From the NCBI GenBank assembly GCA_030698565.1, contig JAUYJS010000005.1, positions 154,497-218,496 of the forward strand: 64,000 nt of DNA, read 5' to 3'. Positions 9,304-18,481 of this stretch are shown here, in pieces. The notes beneath the pieces are model-generated. The model made no database searches. It saw nothing but the letters and a program-made list of their open reading frames with translations, and was not told where the DNA came from. The position numbers and the translations under genes were made by a program. This DNA is from Candidatus Shapirobacteria bacterium. Its GTDB lineage: Bacteria > Patescibacteriota > Microgenomatia > UBA12405. How positions within the stretch are numbered: position 1 is the stretch's first letter; every line of letters begins with the position of its first letter.

Positions 9304-10167
9304 TTAGAAAATTTTGCCTTGTTGGCTATATATTAAAAATATAAATATAATTAAAAGAAAACCTAAATGGCCAGCTGAGGAACCAGATATTCGATGCGTA
9401 CCATTTCTTAAAGTTATATAAGCATCGACTAAAAGAGCAAAGATTAAAATTAAAAACATGAGAGATCCGAGGAGTTTGCTGATAAATAACGGACTAATTG
9501 CTAATCGAGTGGATGTTTGGGCTAAAACTTGTGATTCATTACTTAAACCAAAAGGATGAGAGTTTAATTCGATTTCTTCCGTGGTATTGTTGGCAATAAT
9601 TCCGTCAACTGGAGTACCAAAATGTTGAGCCACCAATGTTGTTTTGATACCACTTATGACTCCGTCGGCCACGCCGATACCGATTTCTTTATATTTAGGG
9701 TTGACGATATTTTCTTTGTGTGTTGGCGATTGCATCCAAGCAGTCATCATGGATTCGGTATCATAATAATCTTTGGCGAGGTTTTCCCCTGCGACCGTAT
9801 ATTCATAATTTTGAGACTTAAAAAAATCCCAAGGAGTTTTGCCTTCTGGTGAAGTGTGGGCCCAATAATTATGAGTAAACATATCTTGAGTCTTATTTTT
9901 AGCGGAATTTGCTAATAAAGACCTAAAGTGTAGTGGTGGTAATCCATTTTTTTGCCTTTCTAAATTAGTTGAATAAAATACTTTAGCTGCGGTAATTTCG
10001 GATGAATAACCTAGAACACCAGGCTTAACTATAGTAAAAGATTTAATAAGTGTTTGATTGAAAAGATAGAAAATAATCAAAAAACTTAAAAAATGCGGAC
10101 GCAAGATACTGGCGCGATGGCTATTTCTTTCCTGGGGTACAAATAAACTTGATAGCAAGTGCTTCAC
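9304..10167 (-). CDS. CAP/SCP/PR-1 domain protein, membrane anchored
   Basis: HNYWAHTSPEGKTPWDF…YTVAGENLAKDY…MQSPTHKENIVNPKYKEIGIGV is a CAP-domain signature; N- and C-terminal hydrophobic segments. Confidence 0.6.
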   Translation of the reverse strand: MKHLLSSLFVPQERNSHRASILRPHFLSFLIIFYLFNQTLIKSFTIVKPGVLGYSSEITAAKVFYSTNLERQKNGLPPLHFRSLLANSAKNKTQDMFTHNYWAHTSPEGKTPWDFFKSQNYEYTVAGENLAKDYYDTESMMTAWMQSPTHKENIVNPKYKEIGIGVADGVISGIKTTLVAQHFGTPVDGIIANNTTEEIELNSHPFGLSNESQVLAQTSTRLAISPLFISKLLGSLMFLILIFALLVDAYITLRNGTHRISGSSAGHLGFLLIIFIFLIYSQQGKIF

Positions 10168-10181
10168 AAATTTAGTATAGA

Positions 10182-10772
10182 TTAATTAAATACCTTTGCC
10201 AAGATAAAATAAATTAAAATTACTGCACCAACACCAAAAACTATTTTTAGAGAAAAGAAATGTTTTATTCGATCAAATAGATTTGGGGAAGAGGTAGTAC
10301 CTAGTACCTCAGCACAATCAAACTTATAATTTAAGTCAAAATTAGTGGTTAAGTTTTGAAAATCGTTCCCAGTGTTTGAATTTAAACTAGCCGACCAGTC
10401 AATGGTTTCAGATTCATTAGGTTTGATGGTATTTAATGTAATATTTTTCTGAGTCAATATGTCACTCAATCGACCAGAAAATAAAATATTACTGGTTGAT
10501 AATATTTTCATCTCGATTGATTTGGATAATTTGTCGTTCCATCTTTTTCCTTTCACGATTTCTAAATTTAATTTGCATTGACTTGATTGAAGATTAATTA
10601 TCTTTAAATGACTAGTAACCTTAAATCCTGGATAAATATTATCTTGAGAAAATAAGGGTAGATTTGAAGGACTCGAACACTCACCTTCTGATTGGCAAAT
10701 TATATTTATATCGTTAGCATAAGCAAACGGAGTAAAAAGTAAAAATATAAATATAAAGATAATTAATTTCAT
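10182..10772 (-). CDS. secreted protein with C-terminal TM anchor (hypothetical)
   Basis: Signal peptide MKLIIFIFIFLLFTPFAYA, Ser/Asn-rich body, C-terminal helix plus short tail. Confidence 0.35.
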   Translation of the reverse strand: MKLIIFIFIFLLFTPFAYANDINIICQSEGECSSPSNLPLFSQDNIYPGFKVTSHLKIINLQSSQCKLNLEIVKGKRWNDKLSKSIEMKILSTSNILFSGRLSDILTQKNITLNTIKPNESETIDWSASLNSNTGNDFQNLTTNFDLNYKFDCAEVLGTTSSPNLFDRIKHFFSLKIVFGVGAVILIYFILAKVFN

Positions 10773-13159
10773 AAATTAAAAATTTTACTGAGAACTTGGG
10801 TACTGCCAATGTCTAAAATCTGAGTTAAATTAACAACGGCGGTTTGACCTATGTCTAAGTCGGGGGTACAAGTTCCTCCCGTCGAACATGTGCCTAAAAA
10901 CAACTCTCTGTCTGTTTTGGAATTTTCGATACTTTGCTTTTTAATTTCACCATAAATTCCTTTTTCTAACCCGAGGCTTGAATAAATAATTTCATAAGTT
11001 AAGTGATCAACATTTGCCGGAATATTGGAAACCGTAAAAGTAATTTTTTTTGAAGACGAGTTGTAGTTGAGCTGAGTGTCGATCGAATTTTTGGTATAAC
11101 TCCAAGTACCAACTCCGTCGGGAGTTCTTTGCCAATCAGAATTGTCGTTATTATCAACATAAGTAGTCGAATCAATAATATTATTTTCTTTTATTAACGA
11201 AATTGTGTCATGATCAGAATCAAAGAGAAAATCAAATTCGGATAGACTAAATAAATAAGCACTGGTTGGACCAACATTAATATTGGTTAAGGTTTGTGTT
11301 TGGCCAGATATATTTTTTATAAAATAGTCGTCAAGAAAAAAATCATTAGAGGTATTGTTGAATAGTTCTATCCCTGGTGAATTAAAAAATATATGGTTTA
11401 AAACAACTTCCGGTTGAACTATTATTTCAATTTGATTATTTTTCTCTTCATTGCCAGCCAAATCGGTAGAGTTAAAATTTAACAGGTTATCCCCAATTAT
11501 TAAATCTGGAATGATGGATGTATCAAATACTCCACTACCTAAATCTTGGGCAATTAGTTGGATGGTAGAAGTTTCTCCAATACGTAAATCAGTGGTCGAT
11601 ATTTTTATATCATCTATGTCGGTCCAAGCGTATCCAGAAGAACCGACATTGTTAACTCCAAAAAATAATTTTAATGGTTGGTCGTAATAGTAATTTGATA
11701 GTGGTTTACTAATGGAGCACCAACCTGAGTCGACTGGGTCACTAAAACTTCGGCCAAAATTAATTATATTTTCTAATAACTGATCATTTTGACCTAAAAT
11801 TTGAACATTAAAATTACTAAAATCATAAGTGTCGCTATTAAAAGATCTAAATGAGAAAGAGACTGTGGGGCGAAGGTTTTGGGGTAAGGAAAAGATTTGA
11901 TAGATTCCGTCTTGGACAGGTTGATCGGTGGTTGGTTCTTTAAAACCCAAAGAAAACATTTCTGAGCCAGTAGTGGGTAAAACCGTTTCTCCTACCCCTG
12001 AATCTGATGAAATTACATGGTGGTCTCCGACTGAACTTGATATGTTCCAACCCAATAACCCTGATTCAAAACTACCATTTTCTAATAAATTTTGACCGGA
12101 CCAGTTCTTAATTGAAAAAGAGGTAGAGTCGATAAAGGTAGTAGGTGGTTTGGTGTCTATTTGAACTAAATATTTTTTTCCTTCAGAGTCAATATCCGTT
12201 TCGTGTCTACCGTCTAGGGTGTGGGCAACTGTATAAAAAGTATATAAACCGTCTTCGTCGGCATTAAAATTAAAACTACCACTTTTATTTCTAAAATCTA
12301 GATTGTCTGGACAAATAAAATTTGAATCCAGATTTATAGAATAACAAAGTTGAACATAGTCCAAATTTGCCACAGAATTTAATGTGTAACCGATATTGAG
12401 ATTGTTTGTATTTACAACCGAATCTTCATTAGTAATTGAAGAAAAAACAGAAACCCAAAAACCAGTTGAAAAAGAGTTGTTTTCTATTGATGAGGTATTA
12501 GAAAAAAATGATTCGGTGTTCGGTATTTGACCAAAAGTAAATGATAAAAAAGGTATAAATATAATTAAAAGATTCAAACTACTTTTCTTGGGTTTATTTT
12601 TTTTCTTTATTTTGTATTTTTTAATTACCTCTTCTTCAATTGCTTTTTTTAATTGAAATAATTGGTTGATAAAAACATAAATTGTAGGTAATAAAATCAA
12701 AAACATAAATCCTTTTGGGGTACGCACCCAGAGAGATAAATAACCCAAAAAAGGAAAGTCAAAAATTACCTTGCCCTTAATTTGTTCGATTTTAATTGGC
12801 TCTAAATCTGGGGAACTGTTGGCGTCGCCTTTGGTTCTGAAAACCATATTTGATTCGTTTTTATCGACACTAATTACTCGATGGGTAATTAGTAGGTCTG
12901 GTTGGGTAATTGAGCTAAAAGTAACAACATCTCCCTCTTGTGTATTTTCTGTTTTATCGGCCGAAACAAATATTAATGATCCAGTTTTTATGGTTGGTTC
13001 CATAGAACCAGACATGACACGAAAAATGTAAAACTTCTTTGTGGGAGTGAAAGTAGTTAATATTATTATTAACAATGCCGATATTAAAACTAAATTTAAA
13101 ATAAAGTTAATGGTTCGTAAACTTATTTGAACAAAGTGCCTAAAAATTTTTATTATCAC
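10769..13159 (-). CDS. SipW/archaeal-type signal peptidase I (S26B) fused to ~600-aa extracellular Ser/Thr/Asn-rich domain
   Basis: N-terminal TM, then catalytic Ser box FRVMSGSMEPTIKTGSLIFV, His box ITHRVISV and FRTKGDAN. A second TM (FMFLILLPTIYVF) and lysine-rich linker follow, then a long β-rich domain. Start overlaps the upstream gene stop by 4 nt. Confidence 0.6.
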   Translation of the reverse strand: MIIKIFRHFVQISLRTINFILNLVLISALLIIILTTFTPTKKFYIFRVMSGSMEPTIKTGSLIFVSADKTENTQEGDVVTFSSITQPDLLITHRVISVDKNESNMVFRTKGDANSSPDLEPIKIEQIKGKVIFDFPFLGYLSLWVRTPKGFMFLILLPTIYVFINQLFQLKKAIEEEVIKKYKIKKKNKPKKSSLNLLIIFIPFLSFTFGQIPNTESFFSNTSSIENNSFSTGFWVSVFSSITNEDSVVNTNNLNIGYTLNSVANLDYVQLCYSINLDSNFICPDNLDFRNKSGSFNFNADEDGLYTFYTVAHTLDGRHETDIDSEGKKYLVQIDTKPPTTFIDSTSFSIKNWSGQNLLENGSFESGLLGWNISSSVGDHHVISSDSGVGETVLPTTGSEMFSLGFKEPTTDQPVQDGIYQIFSLPQNLRPTVSFSFRSFNSDTYDFSNFNVQILGQNDQLLENIINFGRSFSDPVDSGWCSISKPLSNYYYDQPLKLFFGVNNVGSSGYAWTDIDDIKISTTDLRIGETSTIQLIAQDLGSGVFDTSIIPDLIIGDNLLNFNSTDLAGNEEKNNQIEIIVQPEVVLNHIFFNSPGIELFNNTSNDFFLDDYFIKNISGQTQTLTNINVGPTSAYLFSLSEFDFLFDSDHDTISLIKENNIIDSTTYVDNNDNSDWQRTPDGVGTWSYTKNSIDTQLNYNSSSKKITFTVSNIPANVDHLTYEIIYSSLGLEKGIYGEIKKQSIENSKTDRELFLGTCSTGGTCTPDLDIGQTAVVNLTQILDIGSTQVLSKIFNL

Positions 13160-13167
13160 GAATGTTA

Positions 13168-13737
13168 TTAAAACGTCATTGTTGGGTCGCCGTCTAGCTG
13201 AACACCAGCCCCTGATTGGACTGTGTGAAATATTAAATTTGAACTGTCGATTTTTCCTTGAAGATCATTGTTGACTGATGATTTTAGAAGAGCGTCAATT
13301 CGATAATTTTTAGTTGTTCCTGGGTCAACTTGAGCCATGAGTTCCGACCAATTTGTTAGGAAAAACTTATAATCCTGCCAATCTATTATTGTTTCGTTCG
13401 AATCCTTATCGAAAACTGATAGCTCTAAATAGCTTTCGTCTAATTCTGAATTATAAAATGGACTATTTATTAAAAATTGATTAGATATTCCAAAATATAA
13501 ATCGGCATTTATAGTACCATCATATTTAATTGATATGTCTTGTGATTGTGGTTCACCGGGAAGTAGGTTTTCAAAATTTATAGGTGAAGTTAAAGATGAA
13601 TCAAGCTTGACACTCCCTGTTGTGAAAGTATTGCCGGAAATTATTTTAGTATCACTAAAATAAGCGATAACTGCCCCGGTGGTACCAATTAAAAGGAGTA
13701 TTAAAACAAGAAAACTGACAAATATTTTTTTATTCAT
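13168..13737 (-). CDS. TasA/camelysin-family secreted protein with SipW-cognate signal peptide
   Basis: MNKKIFVSFLVLILLLIGTTGAVIAYFSDTKIISGNTFTTGSVKL matches the G-T-x-A-Y-F-S-D-T…N-x-F-x-x-G signature of SipW-dependent TasA-like proteins. It sits directly upstream of the SipW-like gene. Confidence 0.6.
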   Translation of the reverse strand: MNKKIFVSFLVLILLLIGTTGAVIAYFSDTKIISGNTFTTGSVKLDSSLTSPINFENLLPGEPQSQDISIKYDGTINADLYFGISNQFLINSPFYNSELDESYLELSVFDKDSNETIIDWQDYKFFLTNWSELMAQVDPGTTKNYRIDALLKSSVNNDLQGKIDSSNLIFHTVQSGAGVQLDGDPTMTF

Positions 13738-13774
13738 AATGTAATATAAATTACATTATATATATGAAAAAAAG

Positions 13775-14131
13775 TCAATGGGTCAGTTTTATAATTTCTC
13801 GAATTATCAAGCTACCTATCAATATTCCCACTAAATCAATAAAGGTGTCGCTTATTTTACCTTCCCTTCCAGGAACAAATTGTTGATGAAATTCATCTGA
13901 GAGTGAGTAAATATAAGCAATCAAAATTGAATATTGATATTTTTTAAAGGCTGAATATAAAAAAATACCCAATATGGCATATTCAATTAAATGCAAACTC
14001 TTGAAAAATAAAAGACTTTGGACTTGGCCGTTAATAATACCCGTGGTAGAACGGGAAGAGAAATAAAATATTACAGCCATCCATAAAACTGAAGGTAAAA
14101 ATCGGATTAAATTTTTAAAATTTAATTTCAT
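13775..14131 (-). CDS. VanZ-like family membrane protein
   Basis: 118 aa; LWMAVIFYFSSRS start and four TM helices, typical of VanZ. Confidence 0.45.
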   Translation of the reverse strand: MKLNFKNLIRFLPSVLWMAVIFYFSSRSTTGIINGQVQSLLFFKSLHLIEYAILGIFLYSAFKKYQYSILIAYIYSLSDEFHQQFVPGREGKISDTFIDLVGILIGSLIIREIIKLTH

Positions 14132-14997
14132 GTGTCAGATTTTTTTAGAAATAACGGTATTAAAAGTAGAATACCACCCGAAATTATAAAAATCATTGGT
14201 AAGTAATTTGATTTCTTTTCGTTTTGATTTTTTATTATATTTACTGGGGTTGGGCTAATTTCAGAAACAACGGTCTCACCTAAAACATATTCGCTTGTTG
14301 GAGTAATCAAATCAGAACTCGAAGTTGCCTCTGGACTTGTTGGTGTTGGTGACGGTGATATTGGACTTAGGGTTGGTGTGGGTGTTTTTGTTGGTGTGAA
14401 TGTTGGTGACGGAACATTAGTTGGTTGTGGAGTATTAGTGGGAGTATTGGTGGGTGTGGGTGAAGGAGGCGGATTGGAAATATTTAAATAAACAGAATTA
14501 CTTAAAATAGCATTACCAGAACTGGTGTATTTGGCTGATTCAATTATTTTGCAAGTTATTTTGCAACTGCCATTAGCAGATGAGAACTTAACTCGAATAG
14601 TGATATTTTGACTAATGTTTCCAGAAGAATCTGTTGAAAATTTTGGCATATTTTGCCAACTGCCGTTATACCCATTAAGCCAATTAGAATCATTTTGTAC
14701 CTCGACGGAATAATTATCACTACCAACTCCTCCGTAACATTTAAAATAATAGTCGGTATCGTTTTTCCCATGAGAAAAAATAAAATTTAATAAAAAAGAC
14801 TGCTCCTTAAATTCATCGCTCGAGTTTAAGCTTACTACCAAGGAAACAGCTGTGCTGCCAATTGTCGGCGTTGGAGCGATTGTAATTGTGGGTGTATTTG
14901 TAGAAGTTGGAGTCAATGTTGGAATATCAGTCACAGTTTGACCAAATATTGGAACAGGAAATATTATTCGTAATAAATATAACAATAAAACAAACAC
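14128..14997 (-). CDS. Pro/Thr-rich cell-surface protein with C-terminal membrane anchor
   Basis: Signal peptide, a PT-repeat block (TPTSTNTPTITIAPTPT), Cys-containing globular core, a second PT linker (PSPTPTNTPTNTPQPTNVPSPTFTPTKTPTPT), then a TM helix and KKSDT tail. Confidence 0.4.
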   Translation of the reverse strand: MFVLLLYLLRIIFPVPIFGQTVTDIPTLTPTSTNTPTITIAPTPTIGSTAVSLVVSLNSSDEFKEQSFLLNFIFSHGKNDTDYYFKCYGGVGSDNYSVEVQNDSNWLNGYNGSWQNMPKFSTDSSGNISQNITIRVKFSSANGSCKITCKIIESAKYTSSGNAILSNSVYLNISNPPPSPTPTNTPTNTPQPTNVPSPTFTPTKTPTPTLSPISPSPTPTSPEATSSSDLITPTSEYVLGETVVSEISPTPVNIIKNQNEKKSNYLPMIFIISGGILLLIPLFLKKSDT

Positions 14998-15000
14998 AAA

Positions 15001-16443
15001 CTAGTTTAGCAAATCGATGGCGAGATTTATTTTTCTCAATGTGGCCTCTTTGCCAATGATCGGTAGACAGTCAACGACTGGTGGGGTCGAAACTGAACCG
15101 CAAATTGCCACTCTAAAAACCATAAAGAATTGCCCAGTGTTCCAGTTATTTGATTTAATTTGGTCTAACAAATTAGTTTGTAGAGTTAAAAAGTCAAAAG
15201 TTTTTAAGTTTAAAATTAATTCTTTTGTTTTATTTAACATATCATGGGCTAATTCGGGAGTAATATTTTTTTGAAGCAATAAGGTTTTATCGTAGCTTAC
15301 ATCTTCAAATAAAAATTTAGTTAAATTGGCAGCGTCCTTGAGAGTCGTGATTCTTTCCTTTATTAGGGGAATAATTTGCATTAAAATTTCAAAACTGACT
15401 TCCGGAATAAATGGCTTAAGAAGTTCGACGAGTTCACTGTCTGTTTTTTGACGAATGTAGACACCATTTATATAATCTAACTTTTTACGATCAAAAGCAG
15501 GGGCCTTTTTATTTAATTTTTCAATACTAAATTGTTTGACAAAATCGCTTAAGGTAAATATTTCTTGTTCAGTTCCCGGATTCCAACCCAAAAGCATGAG
15601 AAAATTTAAAACAGCTTCGGGTAAATAGCCGTTTTCCAGAAAAATTCGGGCGTGTACGGATCCGTGCCTTTTACTCATCTTGCCTTTGTGGTCTGGGTCA
15701 AGTAATACAGTAAGATGGGCTGTTTTTGGCATGTCCCAACCGAAATATTTGTACAAAAGTACGTGTTTTGGGGTTGATGAAAGCCATTCTTCAGCCCTTA
15801 AAACATGGGTAATATTCATTAACTGATCGTCAACCACAACAGCGAAATGATAAGTTGGGATGCCATTTGATTTAATTAAAACTTGATCATCAATGTCGTT
15901 GGTATTGAATTTTATTTTTCCCCGAATCAAATCTTCAAAAACAACTGTTTCATTTTTGGGAATTACCATCCGAATAGTGTATGAAACTTTAGAGTCTAGA
16001 TTTTTTTGAATTTCTTCTTTGGATAAATGTAGACAGTGCTGGTCGTATTTGGGTAATTTTTTTTGAGATCTTTGCTCTTCACGCAAATTATTCAGACGCT
16101 CTTGGGTACAAAAACAATAATAAGCTAGACCTTTGTTTAATAATATTTGGATGTATTTTTTATAAATATCTAGGCGTTCTGTTTGAATATAAGGACCGTA
16201 GGATCCGCCAATATCGGGGCCTTCGTCCCAAGATAGATTGTAATCTTTGATTACCTGCATGATTCTTTCCTGTGATCCTGGGATAAAACGCTTTTGGTCG
16301 GTGTCTTCAATCCTTAAAATAAATTGACCTTTATATTTTCTGGCTAAGGCATAGTCATAAAGTAGGGTTCTAAGGCCACCAATGTGAAGTTCTCCCGTAG
16401 GGCTAGGAGCTATTCGCGTACGCACAAGAGTTGGATTATCCAT
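15001..16443 (-). CDS. gltX: glutamyl-tRNA synthetase
   Basis: RIAPSPTGELHIGGLRT (HIGH) … KMSKRHG (KMSKS). Confidence 0.9.
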   Translation of the reverse strand: MDNPTLVRTRIAPSPTGELHIGGLRTLLYDYALARKYKGQFILRIEDTDQKRFIPGSQERIMQVIKDYNLSWDEGPDIGGSYGPYIQTERLDIYKKYIQILLNKGLAYYCFCTQERLNNLREEQRSQKKLPKYDQHCLHLSKEEIQKNLDSKVSYTIRMVIPKNETVVFEDLIRGKIKFNTNDIDDQVLIKSNGIPTYHFAVVVDDQLMNITHVLRAEEWLSSTPKHVLLYKYFGWDMPKTAHLTVLLDPDHKGKMSKRHGSVHARIFLENGYLPEAVLNFLMLLGWNPGTEQEIFTLSDFVKQFSIEKLNKKAPAFDRKKLDYINGVYIRQKTDSELVELLKPFIPEVSFEILMQIIPLIKERITTLKDAANLTKFLFEDVSYDKTLLLQKNITPELAHDMLNKTKELILNLKTFDFLTLQTNLLDQIKSNNWNTGQFFMVFRVAICGSVSTPPVVDCLPIIGKEATLRKINLAIDLLN

Positions 16444-16506
16444 GGCTTATTTTAGCATCATAAAAATTAAAATTTATTATGTTTGTTTTTTTATGTAAAA
16501 TAAGGT

Positions 16507-17550
16507 ATGTCTTCATTAACCCATACGGCCTACATGAGTAGAAAAATAATTAGTTTTGGTAGTGTGGGCTTAGTTGCTTTTCTAGTTCTTTGGTCAGTCT
16601 TAACAAGTGCAATAAAATCATATAATACTGCCTATCCTGCCGTTATACCACCAACTGTAAGATATGGCAGGTTACCTAAAATTGTTTTTCCAGAAAAGCA
16701 ATTTAATAAAAAGACTTTTAGTCTAGAACTACCCAACGATACTTTTCCTAAAATTAGTGAACAGGCAAAAGTATATGTGATTTACCGGCCAGATAGTCTA
16801 TTTTCTGCATTAGAAGATGATTCAAAAACTGCCGCTCAACTCGCTTTTAATAGTAAACCAATAGAAATGAGGGTTGGTTTGTATCAATTCCAAAACCCTG
16901 AATCTAGTAATACATTGATTATGAATGTTTTTGATGGCAGTTTCAAATTAGAGTACCCTTATTTAAACGATCAACTGCTTTTGACTCCAGAAAGGGTTCC
17001 AGATAAAAATGAAGCTATAGATATCGCTTCCGATTTTTTAGGATCAGGAGACAAACTTACAGATGATTTGGCTAATGGTGAAAAAAATGTAAGTTATTGG
17101 AAAATAGAAATGGGCGCTTTGAAACAAGCCAATTCCCAATCGGAGGCTCATATTGCTCGGGTGGATTTTTTCAGAAAAAATATTGATGATAACCTAAAAA
17201 TAGTAACTAATGAGCCCGAAAAAGCGGCAATATCGATATTGGTTAGTGGTTCTAGTGTTAGCGACAAAAGAATCGTTGAGGTTAATTATAAATATGCCAA
17301 CATCGACCGTGAGTCTTTTTCAACATATCCAATTAAATCTACAGAGTCTGCCTGGAAAGAGCTGCAAAGTGGTAATTATTGGCCAGTTTCTGACACTGAA
17401 ACTAGTTCTGTAGTAATACGAAGAATTTACTTGGCATATTTTGAACCAGTGACCTTAACAAATTACATGCAACCAGTCTTTGTGTTTGAAGGTGATAATA
17501 ATTTTATTGCCTATGTTCCGGCTGTGACTGATGATTATACTCAAAAATAA
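16507..17550 (+). CDS. membrane-anchored hypothetical protein
   Basis: N-terminal TM then a 300-aa soluble domain; no motif recognised. Confidence 0.35.
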   Translation: MSSLTHTAYMSRKIISFGSVGLVAFLVLWSVLTSAIKSYNTAYPAVIPPTVRYGRLPKIVFPEKQFNKKTFSLELPNDTFPKISEQAKVYVIYRPDSLFSALEDDSKTAAQLAFNSKPIEMRVGLYQFQNPESSNTLIMNVFDGSFKLEYPYLNDQLLLTPERVPDKNEAIDIASDFLGSGDKLTDDLANGEKNVSYWKIEMGALKQANSQSEAHIARVDFFRKNIDDNLKIVTNEPEKAAISILVSGSSVSDKRIVEVNYKYANIDRESFSTYPIKSTESAWKELQSGNYWPVSDTETSSVVIRRIYLAYFEPVTLTNYMQPVFVFEGDNNFIAYVPAVTDDYTQK

Positions 17551-17555
17551 AGTGA

Positions 17556-18476
17556 TTAAGGGGAATATGGTTGCCAGACAATATTTTGTTTGGCCCAGTC
17601 AATAATTTTTCTAGTATCAGAAAAACGTTCGGGACTTTGAGCGACAACACTAATTAAATAGTGACCGTCAATATTGATTAAACTCACAAAGCAGCCTCCC
17701 GCTTCTGGCGTCCAACCGGTTTTGAGACCTTCTATTTCAGAGACAACGTCTAAAAGTTCATTAGTGGAATCCAGGATTCTGATTTCTTTGTTGTCCACAT
17801 CAGCAATAGTAATTTTTTTGCTTTTAACCGTACTTTTTATAATAGGATTTTTGATGGCTATTCTAGATAATTCCGCTAAATCATAAACGGTCGAATAGTG
17901 TTCGGAGTTGTGGATACCATCAAAGTTAATAAACTTGGTACCAATTAGACCGTATTTTTGGGTCATTGAATTCATTTGACTAATAAATCCAACAATTCCT
18001 TGGGGATGGTGCTCGGCTAAATTAAACGCAGCATCGTTGGCTGAATGAACCAAAAGTGCGGAAATTAAAGATCTGACTGTTATATTTTCTCCTACTTTTA
18101 GATCTATTATTTGACCTTCAGTATAAGTTTGTTTAACAGTAACCACTTCGTCTAATGGGTAAATATTTAAAGCTGTCAGAGCAGTAGCTAATTTGGTGAT
18201 TGATGCAGGATAAACCTTGTCGTGAGGATTTTTAGACAATAAAATTGTATTTGTATCGTTGTCGATCAATATATAATTTTGCGCCTGTATTTCAGGATTT
18301 TTGTCTGGTTTTACCACCGGAATTAGAGGGTGTTGGTATTGACCTAATTTTTCCTCACTACTACCTAAAACACTTGAATTTTGTGGGTAGATTAGCCAAA
18401 AACTAGATGATGGTAATAAAAATAAATTTAAAACCATCAAAAGGGCAATGATTAAAAAATCGAGTTTAAATTTCAT
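17556..18476 (-). CDS. D-alanyl-D-alanine carboxypeptidase (peptidase S11, PBP5-like)
   Basis: ASITKLATALTAL (SxxK), HSANDAA (SxN) and signal peptide. Confidence 0.7.
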   Translation of the reverse strand: MKFKLDFLIIALLMVLNLFLLPSSSFWLIYPQNSSVLGSSEEKLGQYQHPLIPVVKPDKNPEIQAQNYILIDNDTNTILLSKNPHDKVYPASITKLATALTALNIYPLDEVVTVKQTYTEGQIIDLKVGENITVRSLISALLVHSANDAAFNLAEHHPQGIVGFISQMNSMTQKYGLIGTKFINFDGIHNSEHYSTVYDLAELSRIAIKNPIIKSTVKSKKITIADVDNKEIRILDSTNELLDVVSEIEGLKTGWTPEAGGCFVSLINIDGHYLISVVAQSPERFSDTRKIIDWAKQNIVWQPYSP

Positions 18477-18481
18477 CCTTT

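Noticed and set aside
14300-14480. Tandem-looking GGTGTTGGTG… DNA repeats
   Set aside because: This is simply the coding image of the Pro/Thr-rich linker of the surface protein, not an independent repeat element or CRISPR array.
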